From: an uncultured Anaeroplasmataceae bacterium | GTDB taxonomy: Bacteria; Bacillota_I; Bacilli_A; Acholeplasmatales; Anaeroplasmataceae | Assembly: GCA_947629825.1 (NCBI GenBank) | Contig: CANRFF010000002.1 | Location: 25,875-89,874, forward strand | DNA: 64,000 bases | Direction of reading: 5' to 3' | Part shown: piece after piece, positions 29,640-38,282 of the stretch | How the letters are laid out: the number at the start of each line of letters is the position of its first letter | Position numbering within the stretch: position 1 is the first letter of the stretch | Translations under genes and position numbers: made by a program | Notes under the pieces: model-generated | The model's database searches: none | What the model was told of the DNA's origin: nothing | The model's input: the letters and a program-made list of their open reading frames with translations, nothing else

Positions 29640-31637
29640 GTGGAACTGAAAAATTTAAAAAGAATCGGTCCGAAAACATTGGAAAAACTGAATGTTCACC
29701 AAATTTATACTCCCGAGGAGTTGTTATTGTGTTTTCCGAAAAAATATACGATTTACGAATTGACGGACAACGATTCGATCTGGAGCGGAGAAGCGGTTTG
29801 TTTTCGGGCAAAAATCGCCTCCAAACCTTTTTTTATCAAATATCGAAGGAATGTCAGTACGATTGTTTTTTATATTTTATTGCAGAACCGAAAATATAAG
29901 TGTATTATTTTTTCAAAAGAGTATCTTCGCTATCAGATTCTTTTGGACAGAGAAATGATTTTTTACGGGCGATATAAAAAAGAAAATCACGAATTTACGT
30001 TACAACACGTTTTTACCGATTCATTCGAGTGCAAAATCGATGTCGATTATCAGATGGCGGATATTCCCGATCATATTCTTTCCCAAGCGATTGCTTCGGC
30101 GCTGGACGCTTCCATTTCCGTCGAAGAAACGCTTCCTTCGGAATGGGTGGAAAAATATCGGTTGCTTCCGATGGCGGATCTACTGGTAAAAGCTCATTTT
30201 CCTCAGTCGAGAAACGATTGTATTCAAGTAAAAAGAAGACTGCGGTACGAACAGTTTTTTTGGTATGCCTGTTCCTTGAATTTTTTGAAATATGTCCGAT
30301 TCCAAGAACAAAAAACGCCGAAAAAGTGGCCTTTGGAATCCATTACGGAAAAAATAAATTCCCTGCCGTATCCATTGACGAAAGATCAATATCAGGCAAT
30401 CCGGGAAATTTTTGACGATTTGTCCTCGACGAAAGTCATGAATCGTCTGATTCAGGGAGATGTCGGGTGCGGAAAAAGCATCGTTTCGTTTTTTGCGGCC
30501 TATGCGACCATGTTGTCCGGAAAGCAGGTGGCTTTGATGGTTCCCACGGAAGTTCTGGCTCTTCAGCATCTGAAAACATTCGAACACTTGTTGGAATCAA
30601 CGGGATATCATGTGGCTTGTCTTACTTCCGGTACCAAAAGCAAGGAAAGAGAAGAAATCTTATATAAGTTATTACATCATCGGATTGATTTGTTGATCGG
30701 GACGCATGCGTTGATTGAAGAGCGGGTGGTCTTTGCCGATTTGGGATTGGTCGTTATCGACGAACAACATCGATTTGGGGTAGTACAACGGAAAAAACTG
30801 TTGGAAAAATTCCGGAATGTCGATGCGCTTTATTTGACTGCGACTCCGATTCCGAGAACGTTGGGACTGACGGAATTCGGAGATTTGGATTTGACATCGA
30901 TTCATACGATGCCGCAGAATCGCAAAAAAATCATTACCAAATTGATTTCCTATGAAGAATTGTCTTCGCTCAAAGAAGAATTTGCGGATCATTTTCTTCG
31001 TCGGGAACAGATTTATGTCGTTGTTCCGTTGGTGACGGAAAGCGAAACGTTGGATTTTACGGATATCGATCAGGCTTATGATCTGTTTCAATCGATGTTC
31101 CCGCAATATCGCTTTGCCAAACTCCACGGAAAAATGAAGTCGGCGGACAAACAGAAGATCATGCAGGATTTCAAAACACATCAAATTGACGGTTTGGTTT
31201 CGACGACCGTCATCGAAGTCGGTGTGGATGTTGCCAACGCTACGATCATGCTTATTTTGGATGCCGAACGATACGGACTGTCGCAAATTCATCAGTTGCG
31301 GGGGCGAGTCGGTCGGGCCGAGTTACAGTCGTATTGTTATCTGGTGAGTCGGAAAGATTCCGTATCCAGACTGCAAATTTTATGTCAGACCGACGACGGC
31401 TTTCTGTTGGCGGAAGAAGATTTGAAATTGCGTGGTCCCGGAGATTTTCTCGGAGAAGATCAAAGCGGATTTCAGGCGTTGGATTTCTTGGAGGATTCCA
31501 CCGATGCGATCATCTGGAAGTGTGCTTTCAAAGACAGCGAGAAAAGTGTTCGTGATTTTTTGGAAAAACGCTTGGAAAACGCAAAAATGCGGGAAATTTT
31601 TCAGGGAAATGCTTGGGAAAAGGCAAAAATAAACTAG
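29640..31637 (+). CDS. recG: ATP-dependent DNA helicase RecG
   Basis: GDVGCGKS Walker A and DEQHRFG motifs plus a C-terminal helicase domain. GTG start 9 nt after an AAAGGAG RBS. Confidence 0.93.
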   Translation: MELKNLKRIGPKTLEKLNVHQIYTPEELLLCFPKKYTIYELTDNDSIWSGEAVCFRAKIASKPFFIKYRRNVSTIVFYILLQNRKYKCIIFSKEYLRYQILLDREMIFYGRYKKENHEFTLQHVFTDSFECKIDVDYQMADIPDHILSQAIASALDASISVEETLPSEWVEKYRLLPMADLLVKAHFPQSRNDCIQVKRRLRYEQFFWYACSLNFLKYVRFQEQKTPKKWPLESITEKINSLPYPLTKDQYQAIREIFDDLSSTKVMNRLIQGDVGCGKSIVSFFAAYATMLSGKQVALMVPTEVLALQHLKTFEHLLESTGYHVACLTSGTKSKEREEILYKLLHHRIDLLIGTHALIEERVVFADLGLVVIDEQHRFGVVQRKKLLEKFRNVDALYLTATPIPRTLGLTEFGDLDLTSIHTMPQNRKKIITKLISYEELSSLKEEFADHFLRREQIYVVVPLVTESETLDFTDIDQAYDLFQSMFPQYRFAKLHGKMKSADKQKIMQDFKTHQIDGLVSTTVIEVGVDVANATIMLILDAERYGLSQIHQLRGRVGRAELQSYCYLVSRKDSVSRLQILCQTDDGFLLAEEDLKLRGPGDFLGEDQSGFQALDFLEDSTDAIIWKCAFKDSEKSVRDFLEKRLENAKMREIFQGNAWEKAKIN

Positions 31638-31689
31638 TTTTTCCATGCATTCGGTGTTACAATAAAAATAGATATTGAGGAGGAAGTAT

Positions 31690-32685
31690 ATGATTAGAAT
31701 TGCGATTGACGCCAATGGCGGAGATTTCGGTGTGGAAACGACCGTTCCCGCCGCGATGATGGCGGTTCGGAAATTTCCGGATTTGGAATTGACGTTATAT
31801 GGAAATGAAGAAAAAATAAAACCTTTGTTGACGGACGCTACCAGAATCAAAGTAGTACATACCGCAGATACGCTGTCGATGGGAGAAAAAGATCCCGTTC
31901 ATGCGATCAGAAGTCAAAAAGAAGCCTCGTTGTGCTTGGCGATGAAAGCCTGCAAAGAAGGCAGTGCCGATGCTTGTGTTACCAGCGGACCGACGCAATG
32001 CGTGGTGGTGGGAGGTCATTTATTGATCCGGAAACTACCGCAAATGGATCGTGTGGGACTGTGTCCTTTTGTCCCGAATAAAGACGGTCGTCCGAGACTG
32101 TTGTTGGATGTCGGTGCCAATGTGGAATTGGAAGCCGAAGCAATCGGAAAATTGGCGATTTTCGCAAGCATTGTTTCCAAAGAGTTATTACATGTCGAAC
32201 ATCCGAAAGTGGGTCTTTTGAATATCGGTTCGGAACCGGGAAAAGGAAGAGAAGTCGACAAAAAGACGTTTGAATATCTGAAAAATTTGCCGAATATCGA
32301 ATTTTACGGCAATGTGGAACCGACGGAAATGGTTCAGTGTCCGGCCGATGTGATTGTGACCGACGGATTTACGGGAAATATCTGTTTAAAATCGATTGAA
32401 GGAACGGCAAAAACGATGTCGGAAATGTTGAAAGAGGATATCAAAGGATCTTTCGGCGGTAAAATCGGCTATTTGTTTATGCGCAAGAACTTGAAAAAAT
32501 TCAAAAATCGTCTCAGCACAAAAGAAGTCGGCGGTGCAATGTTGTTCGGACTCGGGAAGATTGTGATCAAAGCGCACGGAAATTCCGATGCGGACACGTA
32601 TTGTAATGCCATTCGTCTGGCCAAAGAAATGGTGGAAGCGAATATCATCGATAAAGTTTTGGTTGCATTGCCGAAAGAAGAATAA
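31690..32685 (+). CDS. plsX: Phosphate acyltransferase PlsX
   Basis: MIRIAIDANGGD start after a GAGGAGG RBS; DGFTGN motif. Confidence 0.93.
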   Translation: MIRIAIDANGGDFGVETTVPAAMMAVRKFPDLELTLYGNEEKIKPLLTDATRIKVVHTADTLSMGEKDPVHAIRSQKEASLCLAMKACKEGSADACVTSGPTQCVVVGGHLLIRKLPQMDRVGLCPFVPNKDGRPRLLLDVGANVELEAEAIGKLAIFASIVSKELLHVEHPKVGLLNIGSEPGKGREVDKKTFEYLKNLPNIEFYGNVEPTEMVQCPADVIVTDGFTGNICLKSIEGTAKTMSEMLKEDIKGSFGGKIGYLFMRKNLKKFKNRLSTKEVGGAMLFGLGKIVIKAHGNSDADTYCNAIRLAKEMVEANIIDKVLVALPKEE

Positions 32686-32727
32686 ATTTTTCTCGGAAAA
32701 ACGAAAACCTTCGGAAAGGAGTAAAAT

Positions 32728-33393
32728 ATGCCTGATTTGAGAAAGTTGGAAGAACAACTGCATTATCGGTTTCGTCAAAAAGACTTGTTGAAATTGGCAC
32801 TCAGACATTCTTCTTATGCCAATGAACGTCATTTGGAATGTAATGAGCGTCTGGAATATTTGGGAGATGCGGTATTGGAGTTGACGATGTCCCGTTATTT
32901 GTATTTTAAAATTCAATTGGATGAGGGATATTTATCGAAAACAAGAGCCAAAGCCGTTTGCGAAGAAGCCTTGAATATTTATGCCGAGAAGTTACAACTG
33001 TCTCAGTATTTGTATTTGGGAAACGGCGAAGAACACAGTGGCGGAAGAGAAAGACCGGCCATTATCGCCGATGCGTTTGAGGCGGTTCTGGGAGGCATTT
33101 TTTTAGACAGCGATTTCGAAACCGTATATCACGTGGCGGAAAAAATCATTTTCCCGTACTTCGAAGTGGTTACGGAATTGAAAGATTATAAATCGATTTT
33201 TCAGGAGAAAGTGCAGGCGGATCAAAGAAGCGTGCATTATGAAATTTTAAAAGACGAAGGACCCGCCAATCATAAATTTTACGAAGCCGCCGTTTATATG
33301 GACGACATACTGATGGGAAAAGGTACCGGGAAAAGTAAAAAAGAAGCCGAACAAAATGCGGCCAAGGAGGCGCTGTCGAAAGAAGCGAAATAA
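32728..33393 (+). CDS. rnc: Ribonuclease III
   Basis: ERLEYLGDAVLEL catalytic signature and a C-terminal dsRBD (GKGTGKSKKEAEQNAAKEAL). Confidence 0.95.
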   Translation: MPDLRKLEEQLHYRFRQKDLLKLALRHSSYANERHLECNERLEYLGDAVLELTMSRYLYFKIQLDEGYLSKTRAKAVCEEALNIYAEKLQLSQYLYLGNGEEHSGGRERPAIIADAFEAVLGGIFLDSDFETVYHVAEKIIFPYFEVVTELKDYKSIFQEKVQADQRSVHYEILKDEGPANHKFYEAAVYMDDILMGKGTGKSKKEAEQNAAKEALSKEAK

Positions 33394-33437
33394 TCACCTG
33401 TTCTTTTCGGAATTCATATAGTAAAACAGGTGATAAA

Positions 33438-34085
33438 ATGCAGATGGGTATTGTCGGAATTTGCGGAAAAATGGGAAATCAATGTGCGAAGTTTTATCAA
33501 AATCGTTTCGAAGTGATCGGAATCGATGTGAAACAGCATCCGGATTTTCCCACGTATTCCGATTTGAACGAAATTTCTCATTTGGATGTTCTGGTCGACT
33601 TTTCTTCTCCGTCGGCGTACCCGCTGTTGAAAGAGGCTTTAGAGCGCAAGATCCCCGTCTTAAGCGGAACAACGGGATATTCAACGGAAGAAATCGAAAC
33701 GTTGAAAGCCCAAGCAAAACAGGCTCATACGACGTTTCTTTGGTCGGCCAACTATGCCAAGGGGATTTCTTTATTTGTGAAATTGATCGAAGAATGTCAA
33801 AAGGAATTTCAAATTTTCGATTTTGTGGAAATTCATGCGACCACCAAAAAAGATGCCCCTAGCGGAACAGCCAAGATGTTCGCACGGAAAATGGGAATTC
33901 CGGAAGAAAAAATTCAATCGTTGCGGTTATATCAGGCTCCGGCGATTCACGAATTGATCTTTGCCTCGGAAGACGAACGGATCATTATCCGTCATGAAGT
34001 GATTCACAAACAGGCGTTTATTTTGGGATTTGACGAAGTATTGAAAAAAGTATTGGGAGGACAAAATGTTGGAGATATTGATTAA
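33438..34085 (+). CDS. Compact DapB-like protein (4-hydroxy-tetrahydrodipicolinate reductase family)
   Basis: GICGKMG dinucleotide loop, DFSSPSA, SGTTGY, and EIHATTKKDAPSGTA in place of the canonical E-x-H-H-x-x-K-x-DAPSGTA. It is only 215 aa. Confidence 0.65.
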   Translation: MQMGIVGICGKMGNQCAKFYQNRFEVIGIDVKQHPDFPTYSDLNEISHLDVLVDFSSPSAYPLLKEALERKIPVLSGTTGYSTEEIETLKAQAKQAHTTFLWSANYAKGISLFVKLIEECQKEFQIFDFVEIHATTKKDAPSGTAKMFARKMGIPEEKIQSLRLYQAPAIHELIFASEDERIIIRHEVIHKQAFILGFDEVLKKVLGGQNVGDID

Positions 34086-34665
34086 AAAAGGATATATCGA
34101 TTATGAAAGATTGTTGATGGACTATTCCAAAGCTTTGGGACTTTCCGCCGAAGAAGTCGTCGTTTTGTTGAAATTATTGAAAGAGTATTTGAAAACGGAT
34201 GATCTGGTTGTGGAAAATTTGCCGAACGAATTATTGATGACTTCTTATAAAATCGATAAAACCGTAGCAAATTTAATGGAAAGAGGATATTACGAAGTAT
34301 ATATTGTTTATGATCAGGGCGTCGGCAAGGAGAAAGTTTCTTTCAAGCCTTTGTTTCAAAGAATCGAATCTCTGTTGAAGGAAGAACAAACATTTGACCC
34401 GTACAGTATTCAGGAAGCCAATCGACTGTTAACGCAAAAACTCAATCGGGTTTTAACTTCTTCGGAATTGGATATTTTACAGTCTTTGATGATTGAAGAT
34501 CACTATACCTTCGATCAGATTCAAACCGCCGTCGAAGATATCAAACGCAAAAACAAAGTTCTTTCCATGCGTTCTTTGACGCAGACGCTTGCCGATAAAA
34601 AAGCGCAAATTGCCCCGCAAAAAGAAGCTCCGGCGTCTTTGAAGGAGTTTTACAATAAAATATAG
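34066..34665 (+). CDS. dnaD: DnaD-domain replication initiation protein
   Basis: The C-terminal DnaD/DnaB_2-like segment is LTQKLNRVLTSSELDILQSLMIEDHYTFDQIQTAV. It is followed directly by nth, as in B. subtilis dnaD-nth. Confidence 0.7.
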   Translation: MLEILIKKGYIDYERLLMDYSKALGLSAEEVVVLLKLLKEYLKTDDLVVENLPNELLMTSYKIDKTVANLMERGYYEVYIVYDQGVGKEKVSFKPLFQRIESLLKEEQTFDPYSIQEANRLLTQKLNRVLTSSELDILQSLMIEDHYTFDQIQTAVEDIKRKNKVLSMRSLTQTLADKKAQIAPQKEAPASLKEFYNKI

Positions 34666-34668
34666 CCT

Positions 34669-35307
34669 ATGAACAAGAAAAAATCTTTGGAAATCATATC
34701 GATTTTAAGGCAAGTGATTCCCAATCCCGTATGTGAATTGAATTTCACCAACGAATTCGAATTGTTGTGTGCGGTCATGTTGTCGGCGCAGACCACAGAT
34801 AAAAGAGTGAATATGGTCACTCCCGTTCTTTTTCAAAAATATCCGACGCCGGAAAAATTGATGTCGGCTTCGGTGGAAGAGGTGTATCCGATTGTTAAAA
34901 GTCTGGGGTTTTCCACCAAAGCGAAAAATTTGATTGCGATGTCTCGGGTATTGCATGAAACCTATCACGATGTTGTCCCGAAGACGATGGAAGAATTGAC
35001 TCGGTTGCCCGGGGTGGGAAGAAAGACGGCCAATGTGGTCATGGCTGTGGGATATCATATTCCTTCGATGCCGGTGGATACACACCTGCACCGTATGGCG
35101 ATTCGCTTGGGATATGTAAAAGAAGATGCGGATGTTTTGGAATGCGAACAAGCCTATTGTAAGTATTTGCCGAAAGAAACTTGGATTGAAGCCCATCATC
35201 TGTTTTTACTATTCGGCAGGTATTACTGCAAAGCCCAGCGTCCTCTTTGCGAAAATTGTCCTTTAACCGAATACTGTGTATTCGTTTTGAAGAAAAAACA
35301 TGTTTGA
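34669..35307 (+). CDS. nth: Endonuclease III
   Basis: HhH-GPD motif LPGVGRKTANVV, catalytic Lys/Asp region, and the C-terminal 4Fe-4S motif CKAQRPLCENCPLTEYC. Confidence 0.93.
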   Translation: MNKKKSLEIISILRQVIPNPVCELNFTNEFELLCAVMLSAQTTDKRVNMVTPVLFQKYPTPEKLMSASVEEVYPIVKSLGFSTKAKNLIAMSRVLHETYHDVVPKTMEELTRLPGVGRKTANVVMAVGYHIPSMPVDTHLHRMAIRLGYVKEDADVLECEQAYCKYLPKETWIEAHHLFLLFGRYYCKAQRPLCENCPLTEYCVFVLKKKHV

Positions 35308-35373
35308 AAACATGTTTTTTTCTTTTTAGACAGGTCTTTTTGATAGGATAGGAATCAAAGGGGGAAATCAAAG

Positions 35374-35544
35374 ATGAAAGTCAAATTGTTCGATTATGAA
35401 CACGAATTGGATTTGGAAAAAGCCATCAATCGTTTTTTGTCGGAAAATAAAGTGGAAATCAAACAAATATGTTATGATACCAGCCATTTTTCAAACAACG
35501 GGGAACAAATTTATTCTTTTTCGTGTTTGATTTTATATAAGTAA
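35374..35544 (+). CDS. cse60: Cse60-like small sporulation protein (56 aa; below the ORF-track cutoff)
   Basis: Hand translation gives MKVKLFDYEHELDLEKAINRFLSENKVEIKQICYDTSHFSNNGEQIYSFSCLILYK. An AAGGGGG RBS lies 8 nt upstream. The VK-FD-HE-DLE...EQIY-FS-LILY pattern matches my recollection of the Cse60/YteV family. Confidence 0.6.
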   Translation: MKVKLFDYEHELDLEKAINRFLSENKVEIKQICYDTSHFSNNGEQIYSFSCLILYK

Positions 35545-35636
35545 AAAGAGCCAATTCAACATTTTTTTATCAATTTGTTTTCTGTTTTCTTCTGACGATT
35601 GTCGTTTTATAATCATACAAAAAGAGAGGGAAGAAA

Positions 35637-36827
35637 ATGAAGAAAACAAATATTATTCAACAAGCGTTGAAACAAAAAGACCGAAAAGACAACGATATTT
35701 ACGAAATGATCGGGGCGGAATTGAAACGAAAGCGAACGACTCAATCGAAGACACTGTCTTATGTTGCGGGAGATGTCTGCTCGGTATCCTATCTTTGCAA
35801 GGTGGAAAAAAACCAGTTGAAACCGAATCAGTGGATGTTGAAAGAAATATGCAAGAAATTGAATATCGAGTCTCCCAAAATGAATATTTTGTTTGAACTC
35901 AATGAATTATTGGACTCCTGCGTTCGTGCGTTCGCTACGAATAATATGGCCGTCATCGAAGAAATTTTCCATAAATGCCAAACGTTCGACAATTATAAAA
36001 GTTTACTGATTCAACTGATTTATCATATCAAAAAATATCAGTTTTACGAAGCCAAAAAAATTGCCCAAAATTTAATGAAAATCACCAAAGAGATGAGAGA
36101 AAAAGAACTGACGGTTTTCGTTGCGTTTTTTGCGATCTTGAATTTTTATGAAGAAAATTATACGGAAGCCATTGACAATCTTCTTTCTTTGACAGCGGTC
36201 GGAAAAGATCCTTCGATCTCTATGTTGATGAACTACTATCTTTTTTTGTCTTATTTCAAATTGAATCATCCGTTTACGTTGAAATACGGACAAATGCTCA
36301 TTGAAACGCTGTTTCAGAGTTCTCTGATGAAAGAAATTCAATGGGTTCGTTATTATATCGGATTATATCAGGCGAAAAACGGCTTTTTGACAGAGGCGGA
36401 AGAAGAATTGCGCCATTTGAAAAACACCGAGTATTATGATTCTTTGAAATTGATTCTGGATTTGGAAAATCATCAACTTCCAAAACAAAACAATTATATG
36501 AATCTGCGACCGTTTATGAAATTGGTTTGGATTCATCTTTCAAAACCGGATCAGTATTTCGATTTTTTACATCAGTTGTCGGATCATGACGAATATTCGG
36601 CGGACTACAACAGAAATTTGATTTCTTATTGGGCACTTTCCACCGATGAAGAACGGTTTCAGGAAATTGTCGATGTTTATATACCGAATGTGATGCGTAC
36701 GAAAAACGGGTATGACCGAATGTTTTTTTTAAAAGAACTTTGTCGATTCAGCTTTCAATTCGGCAAATATAAGGCTTTTGCGAAAGCCTACTTGTCTTTG
36801 ACGGAAGAAGTGGTGAATCTGATTTGA
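35637..36827 (+). CDS. XRE-type HTH regulator with a long C-terminal TPR-like helical domain (RNPP-like architecture)
   Basis: The N-terminal segment LKRKRTTQSKTLSYVAGDVCSVSYLCKVEKNQ is an XRE HTH. The remaining roughly 320 aa are helical and repeat-like, rich in Y/F/L. Total 396 aa. Confidence 0.6.
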   Translation: MKKTNIIQQALKQKDRKDNDIYEMIGAELKRKRTTQSKTLSYVAGDVCSVSYLCKVEKNQLKPNQWMLKEICKKLNIESPKMNILFELNELLDSCVRAFATNNMAVIEEIFHKCQTFDNYKSLLIQLIYHIKKYQFYEAKKIAQNLMKITKEMREKELTVFVAFFAILNFYEENYTEAIDNLLSLTAVGKDPSISMLMNYYLFLSYFKLNHPFTLKYGQMLIETLFQSSLMKEIQWVRYYIGLYQAKNGFLTEAEEELRHLKNTEYYDSLKLILDLENHQLPKQNNYMNLRPFMKLVWIHLSKPDQYFDFLHQLSDHDEYSADYNRNLISYWALSTDEERFQEIVDVYIPNVMRTKNGYDRMFFLKELCRFSFQFGKYKAFAKAYLSLTEEVVNLI

Positions 36828-38245
36828 AAAAACTATGGATAATACTTTCGTTTTTTCTTTTGTTTGGGTGCGGATATGCGGCAAATGCGGCCAGTTGGAA
36901 ATTCGTATGGGACGAAGGAAGTACGTATATTCAGGTTCCGTTAAACGCAAATATTTTATCTTATACGGAAATTCCGCAAGCCCATCTGTATCAAAATGAC
37001 CGATTGTTGTCCGATGCTCAGATCATTTACGATTCCACGGGGGACTGGCTTTATTTTTTAACCGATGTGGATACGACGAAATCGGGAATTTATCAGGTAT
37101 GGTATAAAGCTTCGGAATTGAAATATCAACCGGGACAATGTTTCGGGTATAAAACATTGGTGACGTTTGAAGTCATCGACATGGAAGCCCCCGTTTTTTC
37201 CGTTTGTCCGGACGAATTTTTATATTATATCGGTCAGGAAATTCCCGATTATTTGTCGAGAATTCAAGTAACGGATAACAATAAAGATCTTATGGTATCG
37301 GTCGACGACAGTCAGGTGGACTACACGAAAGTCGGAAAGTATGAATTGCTGATATTTGCCAATGACGGAAACAATCTCGTCAGTAAAAAAGTGGTCGTCT
37401 GCGTGGAAGACCGCCAGGGACCGGATATTGAATTTTTGGGTGAAAACAACACGATTGTTTTACAGAAAAACGAAGAAGTCCGGTTGACGAAATATTTTAA
37501 AGTTACCGATCATTTGGATGGAGATATCACACATCGCCTGACATATCCGCCGTTTTCCACGGATCTGGTACGCTCTTTTTATCTAACGGTTTCCTGTGAG
37601 GATTCCGATGGAAATACCGACAGTATGGAAGTTTGGATCGAAATCGTCGATACGGAGGCTCTGCAGTTGGAATTGTATGAGTCGGAATTGTTTTTGGATT
37701 ATCGAAGCGAACCGGACGAAACTCTTTTTTTAAACAATGTTTGCAAAGCGTATGAGGGTTCGGTCAATCGGATTTTTGAAGTTCAGGTGGATTTTTCGTC
37801 TTTGAAAAACAAAGTGGGAAAATATCGGATTACGTATTTTTTAAATTCCAATGAAAAGACGGTGGAAAAAGAATGTATCGTGAATATGATTTCTTACCAA
37901 AAACCGGTCATTGAGGCACAGAATTGGGAAATGACTCTGGGAGATTCTTATTCATTTTCGGAAATGATTCGGGCAAAAGACGATTCGGATGAAAATATTT
38001 CCGATAAAATTCAAATCGACGACAGCCAAATCAATTTCCAACAGGAAGGAACCTATCCGGTTTATATTTCGGTAACGAATTCGTCCGGTCAGACGGCGGA
38101 AAAAACGGTTTATCTGACGATCAAGTCCAAAAAGAAAAATACAAAAGTAGGATATCTTGTTTTTCTGGGAGTGGCGGTTCTTTTTTTCCTTTACTGGCGA
38201 TATCAAAGATTTCAAAGAAAAAAAGGGAGGTTACAGGATTCATAA
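36824..38245 (+). CDS. Surface protein with about four tandem Ig-like (DUF5011-like) repeats and a C-terminal TM anchor
   Basis: Signal peptide MKKLWIILSFFLLFGCGYAANA. Recurrent P.I......[IV]...G........[V]...D..DG.[IL] repeat units. C-terminal TM plus basic tail. The TTG start overlaps the upstream TGA. Confidence 0.6.
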   Translation: MKKLWIILSFFLLFGCGYAANAASWKFVWDEGSTYIQVPLNANILSYTEIPQAHLYQNDRLLSDAQIIYDSTGDWLYFLTDVDTTKSGIYQVWYKASELKYQPGQCFGYKTLVTFEVIDMEAPVFSVCPDEFLYYIGQEIPDYLSRIQVTDNNKDLMVSVDDSQVDYTKVGKYELLIFANDGNNLVSKKVVVCVEDRQGPDIEFLGENNTIVLQKNEEVRLTKYFKVTDHLDGDITHRLTYPPFSTDLVRSFYLTVSCEDSDGNTDSMEVWIEIVDTEALQLELYESELFLDYRSEPDETLFLNNVCKAYEGSVNRIFEVQVDFSSLKNKVGKYRITYFLNSNEKTVEKECIVNMISYQKPVIEAQNWEMTLGDSYSFSEMIRAKDDSDENISDKIQIDDSQINFQQEGTYPVYISVTNSSGQTAEKTVYLTIKSKKKNTKVGYLVFLGVAVLFFLYWRYQRFQRKKGRLQDS

Positions 38246-38282
38246 TTTATGATAAAATAAATAAATAGAGGAGTGGAAGGAA

